A stretch of DNA of 64,000 bases from Octopus vulgaris (taxonomy: Eukaryota). Position numbers and translations under genes: made by a program. Of the stretch, positions 11,898 to 24,960 are shown piece after piece; the stretch's first letter is position 1, and the number at the start of each line of letters is the position of its first letter. The DNA lies in contig OX597824.1 in the NCBI GenBank assembly GCA_951406725.2, forward strand, positions 43,462,001 to 43,526,000, read 5' to 3'. The notes under the pieces are model-generated. The model searched no databases and was not told the DNA's origin. It was given only the letters and a program-made list of their open reading frames with translations.

Positions 11898-12200
11898 CAT
11901 CTCACGTGATCACGTGATCAACTAGACTATCGGATGTTGTTATCACTGATTGCAATGTGCTATGCATCGTTTTAGCGTTCGATTGATGCTACACTGCTGG
12001 GTAGGTGAACAGGACAATATTTCCTTCTGGTTGGGAGGCTACTCAGTCGCAGAGTTGCCCATTAACAGCTAAGTGGACTGAAGCAAAGTGAAATGAAGTG
12101 TTTTGCTCAAGGACACAACGCGTTGCTGGGTCTGCGATTCGAACCCACGATCAAATGAATATGAGTGCAACACACTACCTACTAAGCCAAACATCTTCAC
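11898..12200 (-). mobile_element. tRNA-derived SINE (family C)
   Basis: Minus-strand head with B box gggttcgaatcgc, followed by gtgtccttgagcaaaacacttcatttcac..gcttcagtccact. Homologous to 47058-47281 (+) and to a partial copy at ~15558-15650. Confidence 0.75.
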
Positions 12201-12410
12201 ATACACACACACGCACTCTCTCTCTCACACACACACACACATATATGTATATCACATATATTTATATAACATATTTGTGCAACAAAAAAATGACCTTCCT
12301 GAAATACAATATAATATATTAGATAGACAGACTGACAGACAGACAGGCAGGCATAGAGACAGACAGACAGGCAGACATACATACATACCGACAGACAGAC
12401 AGATAGATAA

Positions 12411-12461
<51 letters not shown>

Positions 12462-12462
12462 A

Positions 12463-12550
<88 letters not shown>

Positions 12551-12569
12551 GTAAGTATCTTATATCATA

Positions 12570-13045
12570 CACTTGTTTCAATCAGTGGACTGCAGTCATA
12601 CTGGGTCACGACCTTGGAGGTTTGGTCGAACAAATCAACTGATTATTTTAAGTCTGTTAGTTATGCTACTGGCCTGTTGTTCAACTGCTATGTCACAAGG
12701 ACATAAGGAAACCAACACCAGTTGTCAAGCCGAGAGAGTGGAGCAAACATAAACACAAGGACACAGATGCGTACACACACACGCACACACACACACGCAC
12801 ATATATATATATACACATATATATATATATATATATATACACAGACATAGAGACACACATACACTCACACAAACACACACACACACACACATAAATGACT
12901 CAGTTAATGTCTTACAAATTCAATCTTGAGGCTTTAGTTGGCCCGTGTTTATAGTAGAAGATACCTAACGCGCCGTGTGGTGGAATCGAACTCAGACACA
13001 TGTGGGTAAAAAGTGAGCTTCTTAACGACATAGCCATGAGCTAGT
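12570..13045 (-). mobile_element. SINE family A copy
   Basis: Diverged reverse complement of the 53263-53670 element, with an internal (CA)/(TA) tract. Confidence 0.75.
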
Positions 13046-13073
13046 ATAAGTGTGTACATGTGTGTGAGATAGA

Positions 13074-13148
<75 letters not shown>

Positions 13149-13149
13149 T

Positions 13150-13512
13150 GTGTAGGCATTTCACCATTTCGGGTTCGATAACAAAAGGTACCAGTTGAGC
13201 GCTGCCTCCCCATCGAAGTTGCTGGTCTTTTCCCAAAATTTGAGAATTTGAAGCTGATATTTATATATGTACAATATTATATGCATATACTTACAATATT
13301 TTAATTATATATATAAATATTTATGATATTTTATATATATAAAATTATAATATTCTAAGTAATATTGTACCTATATAAATATCAGTTTGAAATTTTCAAA
13401 ATTTGGCAAATGGCCAGCAATTTTGATGGAGGGGTAAATCGATCACTTTGAGCCCGCTGCTCAACTGGTACCTATTTCCTCGTACCCGAAAGCATGAAAT
13501 GCACACACACCT
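13150..13512. repeat. About 360-bp fold-back made of a family D SINE 3' part plus AT-rich flank, duplicated in inverted orientation
   Basis: gcatttca..tttcggg..aggtaccagttgagc..ttgctgg..ctgatatttatata.gtacaatatta (13156-13280) is mirrored by taatattgtacctatataaatatcag..ccagcaa..gctcaactggtacct..cccgaaa..tgaaatgc (13360-13502). Confidence 0.85.
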
Positions 13513-13636
13513 ACATATAAGCATGTATCTGCACATGCACACACAGGTGCAGGCACGCAAACACACACACACACACACACACAGTCTTATATAGAGAGTG
13601 AGAAAGAGGGGGAGAGGGAAAGAGAGGTAGGGATAG

Positions 13637-13762
13637 AGGCGCAGCGTGGCTGTGTGGGAAGAACTTTGCTTCTCAGCCATGTGGTTACAGGTTCAGTCCT
13701 ATTCGTGGCACGTTGGTCCATCTTGTGAGTAAGTTTGGCTGAAAACGGAAGAAACCTGTCAC

Positions 13763-13831
<69 letters not shown>

Positions 13832-13985
13832 TGTGCGCGCGTGCATGCTTATCTCCGCCACCATCGCATGACAACTGGAGTTGGCTGTTTACGTCTCCGT
13901 AAGCTAGCGGTCTAGCCCAAAAAGACCGATAGAATTACTAACTGGGTCGATTCGATGAACTAAATTCTTCACTTCGGAGCTCCCG
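13637..13985 (+). mobile_element. SINE family A copy
   Basis: ggcgcagcgtggctgtgtgg..ggttcagtcc..(TG)n..gacaac..tttacgtc.ccgtaa..tagcgg..aaaagaccgatagaat. Confidence 0.8.
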
Positions 13986-14016
13986 TATGATGGTAATGCA
14001 ATAATTTAGAAAAAGA

Positions 14017-14082
<66 letters not shown>

Positions 14083-14509
14083 CTTTCGCGGATATAAAAT
14101 CTTCTGACCGAATTCCCATATGGATGTTTGCTCTGCACACCGTGCTAGACAAACACATCCCAGGTCACTTTTGGTATTCGGAACTGCAGTGAACCAGTCA
14201 TTGGTTCTTTGGATATCTGTAACCAAGTACGCTACAATTCTACTTTGGAATATTCCTTCTAGCATAGCCTCGTCTTGATCAGTACCTTCTGAGAAGTGAG
14301 CTGTATGGAAGCTGTAGTGTGGTACATTGCATGTATAATATGCATTAGCGTGTATCTAACAACATACATATATATGTGCGCGCGTGTGTGTGTATGTGTT
14401 ATGTATGTATATGTGCGTGCGTGTGTGTGTATGTTTGTGTGTGCGTGTGCGTTTGTGTAAGTTTCTATGTTTGTACGTATGCATTTATCTATATGCGTAC
14501 AGAACATAC

Positions 14510-14550
<41 letters not shown>

Positions 14551-14597
14551 TTCTTCTATTCTTTTATATGCTTCGGCCCTGAGGCTGTGGCCATGCT

Positions 14598-14655
<58 letters not shown>

Positions 14656-14735
14656 TACACACAAACATATATATATGTATATATTTACAGATATATATAT
14701 ATATACATACATACATACGTTCATACATACATACA

Positions 14736-14795
<60 letters not shown>

Positions 14796-15200
14796 ATATA
14801 AAATTGGTGATCGATGTATTCGTCGATGACACAATCCAACAGAAGTGTTATTCGAACGTTGTGATATTTCCTCTGTATCAAATACGTAAAAATGGAGAGA
14901 ACTCGTGATGAGTTTATTGAAAACCTGTTACTAACAATGCTCCTCATCACCTGTCTGTGTATGTACATATTTACATACATACATAACTGCTTGCATACAT
15001 TTATATCGATATAATATATGCGAGAGTGTGTGTGTGTGAATGTACATAAGCTCACATACACAGGCATACATGTATTTCCATTTATATATTGATAACAGTG
15101 TTTGTGTGTGCGAGTGCTAGCAGTTGTGTATGTCCGGTGTGTGTCTGTATATATTTATATATTTATTTATATATTTATTCATTTAAAAACATGTATATAA

Positions 15201-15252
<52 letters not shown>

Positions 15253-15332
15253 GCGCACACATAAACGTATAGAGACATGCGTATATGCATACATGTTTAA
15301 TAAACAAATACATACTAGAAACTATGTATATA

Positions 15333-15366
<34 letters not shown>

Positions 15367-15405
15367 CATCGTTTATATGTATATGTACACACACACACAC
15401 ACACA

Positions 15406-15453
<48 letters not shown>

Positions 15454-15457
15454 CATT

Positions 15458-15506
<49 letters not shown>

Positions 15507-15784
15507 TATACGTATATACATATATAGATACGTTTATATATACACACACACACTAATCATTTTAATTTCGAATGATGCCACCCCGCTGGCTAGGCGAGTA
15601 GACCAAATTCCTCTTCTAATCAGAAGGCTACTCCGTCGCAGGGTTAGCCATATATCCTGAGCCTCAAACTAATGCAATTTCTTTTGTTGTTGTCTCATTT
15701 GTAACTCACTTGTTGTTCCCTAATTTGTAATATATACATTACGTATTGACAGATAGATAAATAGATATATAGGCACACAGACAG

Positions 15785-15941
<157 letters not shown>

Positions 15942-16377
15942 ATAGTGGCACATGTACATGGATAAATTGATATACATATCTATCAAATGAAATATATTTT
16001 ACATACATGTAACATATACATAAAGTCTAGTCTTTACGACACCTTTCTCTCTATATATATGTATGCATATACGTGTGTGTATGTGTGCGTGTATAATATA
16101 TAATATTTGTGTATATATATATATATTAATTTGAATACAGTATATATGCCAGAAATTATGCATGAAAGAAGGCATACGTACTCTTTCCGTTTCCCATACG
16201 TATTATCATCTTGTATATAGTGTACATGTGTATATATATCTGCGTGTGTGCGCGCGCGTACATGTAAATATATTTGTATGCATGTGTGTGTGCCTGTGCG
16301 TATGTATATCTGTATATATGTGTGTGAGTGCGTGTACGTATGTATGTCTGTATGCATGTGTGTGTGTGCGTATGTGA

Positions 16378-16412
<35 letters not shown>

Positions 16413-16939
16413 CGTGCGCGCGCGCGTGTGTGTGTGTAAGTTGACAATGATTTTGTATGTAATATATGTATGTTGTGCTATTAATTCCAGAATAAATAAG
16501 CATTTAATTTGTTTATTTGCTATATTCTTTTCTTTTGGTATCATGATATGGTATGGGTGGAATATTCGACTCCAAGTTTGAAGACGTTACTATTTATAGA
16601 ATAATATTGTTAAAAGACTACTGTTAATACTTTCCGAGTAATACACGACATAAATCCGTTTGTGACTTTTCTCATTCGAATAATGAATGCAATAAAGGTA
16701 ATTAAAGAGAAATTGATAGAGGATGATTCAAAATTTCTGTATGTGACCATGTATTAAATAATGAAAAAACTTTCTTTAGTTTTAATTATTTTTTAATGTT
16801 TGCATCGACTTCTGATATCCAAATGTTGTGTATTAGACATCTTTTGATTTGTGTCACTGTTAGTTAAAATAACAACCACATCAACTGCACACTTCTTACG
16901 TTAATGCTACCATAGCAAATCATCATTATCGGCTGCCAG

Positions 16940-17240
16940 CTATATATGCCTTATGCTGGAGCCTCGTTTTCGTTTCTTAATCCGGGCATCTAAAATCTCC
17001 CGCTGCTCTGAGTGCTGGCTTACTGTACTAGCGTATGGTTGCAGATACGCCACAATGCGACGGGTCACGACCACAGGAAAACGGGTTTCTACCAGCACAG
17101 AAGGATAAGTATGATACATTTCAATGGATTGACGAGAAGAGGGCCCGACTAAGCTCTTTAAATAGTAAGCCTTCCTTTCAGGAGTCAATTTATTAAGTAA
17201 GTCAAATTTTGCAGAAAGGAAGCTGAAGGAAACTACTCAA
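16940..17240 (-). mobile_element. Possible Bel/Pao LTR-retrotransposon gag (DUF1759-like) relic
   Basis: KFDLLNKLTPERKAYYLKSLVGPSSRQSIE resembles the KxxYLxSxLxGxAxxxI motif of Bel/Pao gag. The match is short and unverified. Confidence 0.3.
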
Positions 17241-18566
17241 ACAAACAGTCAAGAACAACCTAAATACGTGAAGTGGGCATGAAGTCTTCATTATATGAAG
17301 CATTTCTCTGCCATTGGAAATTGTTATCTACAATAACTTGAACCAGAAAATCCCTCAAAGAAAATTTCTCTCCGTTCCCGGAAAACGAAAGAAAAGACAA
17401 AAATAGGAAAATGATAAGCGGTTTTGATCTTTTTTTACAACTGTGAGAGGATTATGATGTCAAAAAGGAAGAAAATGTGTGAACATTTTTGTGCTTGGTG
17501 ACCCTTAGGTCGTGTAAAAGTAGTCCGAAATCTGGACATTGATGTATATATATCTACTTACTGTTTTATTTATATGTGTATATATATATATACATATAGG
17601 TATGTAAACCTGTATACGGCAGCATCAATGGATAACTAGCAGTCTGAGTGTAAATGACTAAATTATTTCAATGACAACCTCTTAGTTAAAGAAGAGTTTG
17701 CCAAACACATCCGTAGTGAAATATTTCTAACAAACTAAAACCCTCCTGAAAAGGTGTGTGAATGTTGTTGCGATTGTAAATTATAAAAGAAAAAAATGTA
17801 AAATTTAAATATATATATACGTATATATATTTATAAAAAAAAAAAGAAAAAATTCAAAACAAGAAAAAATACATATATACGAAAAAAAAAAAGCAACAAT
17901 TGATGTATGTTGTATACCCACCCCACCGAGACAAAAAAAAACTGTACGAAATTTGTATGAATGAGTTTTCCCTAAATTTATGTTTGTTTTAATGTTATAT
18001 AAGAGAAGCTTGGGAGATTTTAAAGGATATAACAAAAAAAAGAGAAAGAGAAAAAATACAACTTTTGGTGGAAAAGGAAAAGGAAAACCTAACATTATGT
18101 AGAATTATTAATTTTGCTTTCGCTGTGGATGTAAGAAATATATGTTAAAACGTTACCGTTTATCGAAGGAGATTGGCGAGAAAATGTTAGTAGTTTCGAT
18201 ATAAAATATATACTACTGCATCATTGAACATATTTTAGCTGATGGTAAAGAGTAGTAACTCTCATAAATATTAATCATAGTAGATAATAATAATAATAAT
18301 AATAACAATAATACACACACACACATTGTGAAGAGAAAATATAAAGACATCACCACAACCACTTCTACCACAATTAGTAAATTGTTTTAATTATTGATGC
18401 CGTTGTTGTGTAACTGTTATTTTCATTGAAAGGCTCTAGTTTATTTTATTAAGTTATTACTTTTATTTTTCCTATTTTTCTATTCGACGTTATTATTGTT
18501 GTCATAGACGGCAGTGACAGCAGCAGTGACAGTTTTAGACGATATACACACACATATTTCATACAT

Positions 18567-18616
<50 letters not shown>

Positions 18617-18617
18617 C

Positions 18618-18649
<32 letters not shown>

Positions 18650-20918
18650 ATATATATATATATTCAGAGAAGTAGAGTGACAGTGTGACACTGAAAAGAG
18701 GAAGACAGCAGTAAGCGTGATGCGGTTGCTGGAGAGAGAGAAAAACACAGATACAGAGAGACGGAAAGACAGAGGAAAAGAGAGAGATAGAAAAAGACAG
18801 TACAGAAATCAATACTTGATTTTCTATGCTTGCTTTAGCTACTAGTGTTCTAAACCCAGTCCCATCAAGCTAGCTATATAAGATAGCTAGTAGTGCAACG
18901 ACTTTCTGCAAAGGAATTTTCTAGTACTTTTCGTGCAGAAGGTTTTTTTTAACGCACTCACCTCTCTTCTCTTCATTCCACCCTCTTCCTCGACTCATTC
19001 GCCCTTATAAACAATATTTTTAATTATAAAATTATCTATTTTTATTAGTTGTGTTATCATTCGTTTGTTGCTAAATTTGTTGATTTTCTTATGTAAAAAA
19101 TAAAATTGTTGAGTAAATTATAGAAATATCTAGATATTTATGGGTTGATGTTACATATCTTAATCTCAATAATAAAGAGAATTCAGGATTATTTTAAATG
19201 TGAAGCAATATTTAGTGGAGGAGAACTGCATACATTTCTAATCAAATATATAGACGAATACATCACATACAGATTTAGATTCTAAACTTTGGTAAACATA
19301 CATACATATACTAAGCCTTTATGCATTGAAGGTAGATTTCGAGCAATTTACTACACATTGGTTTTCATTTCTAAAACAAATTTGCTTAGAAAGACGAGCT
19401 GATAGTAATTATAATAATTATAATTAGAAATAAGTACAAACATTATTGTTACTGTTATTATTATTATTACAGTTGTCGTCGTCATTGTCATTGCCATTAT
19501 CGATATTCCTGCAACAGCTTATTATTCATTCAATGTACACCTATATACACAGTTAAGTATATGCATTTATTACATATACATGCTTTCGCCAGTATATATA
19601 GAAAACAAAACAAGACATATTCAAGCTCCAGTTTTGTAATTATGTGTATATATATATAAATTTACATTTATATATAAATCCTTATTTAAAATAAAGCTAA
19701 TAGAACTGAATGAAAGACAGTGGATTACTAAATATACATCCAAATTTAATTTATGCTACTTTCGAAGTGTTATTTCATTCTCGTATCGAACACATTTCCT
19801 TCGATCTATAAGTCTCAGACTCGCCTAACTCTGTTTTTATAGACTTTTCGTTAACAATATATGCAAAATGTAAACTGTAAATGAATCTAATTCATTCGCA
19901 TATGTTGCTGTGTGTAGATGTAGAATATTAATAAAAACTCAATATTTGTCTCTACTACTCAGATATATATACATCTGTATCTATATATATATAGAAAAAA
20001 TATATAGATAGATAAATAGATAGATGTAAATGTATGCGTGTATGTATGTATGAACCAGAGAAACTACTTTTCTGGCTTCTAGGCACATCTGCTATTAACT
20101 AGTATGTGTTTAGTGACTTGTACTAACATACATTTGGTACTATGACTATATATAAATGTATATGCCTTTAAAAATATAATTCTATTGAAGGCTTTGAAGT
20201 TGTTGAACCAAATCGTAAAACTTTTTCGGAGTTGCTAAAGAAAACAACGACTTCAAAAACAGATGAAATAAAGGAAAGAAATGTAAATCTAGATTTACAA
20301 AAAATATTAAATTCCCATGACAAAAATGTAAATCAAAAGACTATAATTACTAAATATTGGAAGTTCACCCCAAAAACATTACAAGAACGAAATATATTAA
20401 CGTTGGATTTTATTTTATAATAAAAGCATAAAAACGTGTGCATTTCGTTACAAACGCAAGGATTTTATGATAAATTCAATTATTTGGAATTGAATACATA
20501 AAATTGGAAACCTCGTCAATTTAGGGAGTAATGGAATCTCAGAAAGAGGTATATCAGTTCGGATTACTGAAGATAATGCATTAACCGGAACAAAACAAAT
20601 TGAAAGAAGAGGATAAAGCTTCGCACCAGGATATATTATCATTAAAATTTAATCAATTGAAATCTCTGTCCAAAATCGTAGGTATATATTTACATATATA
20701 TGTGTTTATATTGTCTAGTTTAACATCAAGGGGTTCACAGGATAAAACAGATAAAATTTTCAAATTTTAAAGAATTACAAATATTTCGTTTTATCTAAGT
20801 TTCAAAACGAAAAATAAACAAGAGGAGTGAAAATACAACCCCAGAACATTCAAACATACACATACATATTTATATATATACCAACTCATTCTTGATATAA
20901 GATTATAGATTTTTATAA

Positions 20919-20984
<66 letters not shown>

Positions 20985-21166
20985 GAAAGTGTATAATAAA
21001 AATTAGATTTTTATTAATCACTATTCAAATTCTTAGTAAAACAACCACAAGACCGTCCGTGAAATCGGTGTAATTTTGGAAACATTCTTTCGATTCGGAG
21101 TAACAAGTCAACAAAATATTTTAAGAACATTTCAACACAAACAAAATTAAAAGATTATATTTCATA

Positions 21167-21209
<43 letters not shown>

Positions 21210-22046
21210 AGATATATATATATAGATATATATATATAAAATCAGTGTTAAATACATAGATGATTTTATGTGTCTACGAAAAAAATTACACCGTAAATCG
21301 ACCACAGAAACAAATTAATAAAAATTACAACCGAATTTGCGACGGATACAGCTAATTGCTAATTTATTATATTCTATAGGAACTTATCAATGACCTAATA
21401 ATACTTTGAGTAAATAACATAACACATATATAGAAAGAAAACACTTCTCTATATGTAAAATACATAAAATATATAGAAATATATGTATGTATGCATGTAT
21501 ATTTGAAAGTGTATAACATATATGCATACTTATATATATCTGTGTGTATACAAGTATCAACATAAAACATTACTTTGGATATACTCAAAGGTAAGTACTA
21601 TAAAAATCTTATTGTTTTTCCTACTCTTCTTATTTATTTTGTTTATTTATTTCAGAGACTGAATATTCTCACGTCTACATGTATATATAATTTTCAGCCA
21701 TATTCGCGATTCAACTGTAAAGATGAATGTACTTTTATTTTCGAAAATATGTTTGTGTGTGTGTGTGTGTGTGTGTGTCTGTGTGTGTGTAATTTTCTGC
21801 GTCTGCGCGTGCGACATGTGGTGTGTATATGTGCTCGCGCTTATGGCTGCATACGCGAGTGAATGTGCTTTTGTGTGAGTACTTAAGTGTAAGCATTAAA
21901 TAATACACATTAAATAAAGGGTATTAGTTACTACACGATATACACATACACGCACACATATACGTATATAGAGAAAGAGAGAGAGAGAGAGATGGATAGA
22001 TATGTACATACAAATACACCGCATATATTTATATATATATACATAC

Positions 22047-22098
<52 letters not shown>

Positions 22099-22269
22099 AA
22101 GAAATGGAACAATAACGCCAATAACGTAACAGGCGAAAATATTCGGACTGTTAGACGATACGAAAACGGACTGGAAAAAACATGGACGAGTTATTCGGAG
22201 CTTTCAATCTTCAGTCGAGTACCAGATCGTCTTTGCAGTTTCGGCCGGTTAACTCACATATACGCATTC

Positions 22270-22308
<39 letters not shown>

Positions 22309-22349
22309 AGACAGAGAGAGTGGAAAGAGCAAGAGAGGGGAGTGAGAGA

Positions 22350-22510
22350 GTGTCATGTTAATAGGAAAAAATTCACTAAGAAAGAAAAAAGAAGCCTGAC
22401 ATAGAGATTCAAGCAATAATATTATGCGCTCGGTGATCAAGGAGAAACCAAGGAAGAATGTTAAGACAATAAATAGAATACGAGTTGCAAAAAGAAACAA
22501 AAGCACGACT
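22350..22510 (+). repeat. Dispersed direct repeat, copy 1 (copy 2 at ~26720-26872)
   Basis: atgttaatag/tgaaaaaattcact..agagattcaa..aatattatgcgct..tcaaggagaaacca..agaatgttaaga..tacgagttgcaaaa is shared by both copies. Confidence 0.85.
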
Positions 22511-23008
22511 TTCTTAATGCACAAAAGAAGAAATATAGCAATAGGGGAGAACACAAATTGGGGATTTAACGTAATACTGTTATTGAAGAGTTAGAAGAGG
22601 AAAGGGGAGACTATTTGCATTCTACACACTCACTGCAGCAAATAATCCGCAGTCGATGAAAAATAATTTCAAAACAAATATGGTCAGTTGAAGAAGGAAA
22701 TACACTAAAAGAAAGATAGTTCGGAAATTTTCGAGTGAGTTAGACACTACTTAAAAAGGACTGGTGTAGCTAGAAAATAAAAGAATCAACCTAGAGTAAA
22801 TCTATAATACTGTCAGGGGTTATTTTAAAGATTTTCTGTCGAATATGGTTCTTACATCAAAATGATAGTTGGAAGGGGTGTGCAATAAGTAAGACACACA
22901 ATTTTGTGAAACACAGGAGAGAGAAAGAGTGTGTGTGCATAAATGAGAGAGAGAGAGAAATTGATTTACACTTCAAATTAATGCATGCACAATATATCGC
23001 AGCCAAAA

Positions 23009-23394
23009 GGCGGCGAGCTGGCAGAATCGTTAGCATGCCGGGCGAAATGCTTAAAGGTATTTCGTCTGCCGTTATGTTCTGAGTTCAAATTCCACCGAGG
23101 TCGACTTTCATCCTTTCGGGGTCGATTAAATAAGTACCAGTTACACACTAGGGTTGATATAATCGACTTAATCCCTTTGTTTGTCCTTGTTTGTCCCTTC
23201 TGTGTTTAGCCCCTTGTGGGTAGTAAAGAAATAGGTATTTCGTCTGTCATTACGTTCTGAGTTCAAATTCTGCCGAGGTCGACTTTGCCTTTCATCCTTT
23301 CGAGATCGATTGAGTACCAGTTGCGTACTGGAGTCGATTTAATCGACTGGGCCCCTCCCCAAAAATTTAAGGTCTTGTGCCTAAAGTAGAAAAG
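23009..23394 (+). mobile_element. tRNA-derived SINE family D, head-to-tail dimer with an 18-bp TSD
   Basis: ggcggcgagctggcagaatcgttagc..gagttcaaattcc (A and B boxes). The second unit starts at ~23235. The TSD aatatatcgcagccaaaa is at 22991-23008 and 23395-23412. Confidence 0.93.
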
Positions 23395-23659
23395 AATATA
23401 TCGCAGCCAAATTTTAAAGACTTACATTTTCACATATAAATGAATATACATACATGCTAATAAGCACACAAAATTTTACAACTACTACTAGCGCATGTAT
23501 GCGCGCGCGCATACACACACACACACACGTGTATATGTGTGTATAAAGACACCTAAATCACATAAGTCAAGAATATGCATATAATGTTCAAAATAAGATG
23601 TGTTGACTACAAAATTAGTATAAACATACGCGAAAAGTGCATATAATTATGTAACCACA

Positions 23660-24960
23660 TTTCTACTAGGAGTCATGTTTATACTTCCATTCATCAGAGT
23701 GTCGACCTTGTAGAGACCGCTAAATGTTTCATTGCGCCAGTGCTTGGCAGCAATATCTTTCCACCCCCAAAGTTACTCCGAGACGAAGGTACAATGCGAG
23801 CTCGAGAAGTCTCTAAAGAACTGATGACGCTAGTATTACTGTATCTTAAATATATATAGATTTGTGTAAAGATTTAGTCTGTGTTAGCAGACATTAGAGT
23901 TGAGTTCGTAGTTTTTTTAATTGTTACAGTTACATTTATGGTAAATATTTTGAGGAACAGTTTGGTTTGAATTAAGCAGGAGTACTATTATAGTCTCCCG
24001 TAAATTATTTTATTATATTTATGACTAAGAGAACATGTTTAAGTAAAAGAACTTTCGGTATAGGAAGAGATACTTGTTCATTGAAGGAGAAATAGACCCA
24101 AGTAATGTTCCTCTGAATGTTGCGTATATCCAATATCGTATTGGATAGGGACATATAAATTATATTCCCATCTTATCTAGCTTCTTGATAACTTGACACC
24201 TTATTATGAAAAGCAGTTTCATTCACAAGATATATATGAAATGCGAAAGAAAATGTTCTTAACTAAGTTATCAGTGATATTTCTAAGGTGAATAAAATTT
24301 TCATTATATAAAAAAAAGATGTCATTAGGATTACCGCAAAGGTAACAATACCCATTACTGAGTTTTAAAGTAACATTAAAAAATTTTTTCATTCGTTTCA
24401 AATTAGCCCTAATTCCCCCCCCCCAAAAAAAAAAAATTGTAGACTTTTTTCTAATCCCATGTAATTTGTGGTTTAAATTCATTTAACAGAGAAAGACCGT
24501 TATCACTGTATATGCCTCACACGATTGCTTCAGCCGATGCTGGTGTTCAAAATGCCTGAATTCTTTTTTTATCCAAAGCAGCTTCAAAAATAAAATAGCA
24601 GCTTTTAGCATAAAATCTGTTTTAGAATGAACAATGTTGATGAGAGATCTAGCATAATTCATATTCTTATTAATAGAGCTATAGTAGTTATTTATGTCAT
24701 ATTGGATGGAATGTATTAGGATTTTCTCCTCCACATTGTTAAACTAGCAAATAACTTTTTGCGTACATTGCTCAAGATTTGGCATTTCCCTTTAATTTAT
24801 TTTAGAATTATGTCTAGGATTCTTTTAATAATTTTCTCAGTTTCTGATTTCATTAGGTTAATCAATTTATTAAAATGGAAGAGGGTTACATTTTTGCGGA
24901 TGCGTGGTTATTGTAATCATCACTCTACTCCTGAACTTCAAAGATCCCTAATTTGCGCCA
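23660..24960 (-). mobile_element. Decayed Penelope-like element (RT, linker and start of the GIY-YIG region, 3' terminus)
   Basis: Minus translation: NPMKSETEKIIKRILD..FNNVEEK..IQYDINNYYSSIN..YARSLINI..LWIKK; KLHGIRKK..FFNVTLKLSNG..PND..IH..NLVKNIFFRIS; RNITWVYFSFNEQV..SHKYNKI. These are collinear with PLE RT motifs such as FIQFDIxxFYPSI, NFLDVxL and RNIIWFNxPF. A downstream CTGATGA core lies at 23697-23691. Confidence 0.85.

Noticed and set aside
12570-13985. Possible extension of the 13.3-kb palindrome to the two flanking, oppositely oriented family A SINEs
   Set aside because: Those two copies and their spacers do not resemble each other more than the family generally, so they are likely independent insertions.
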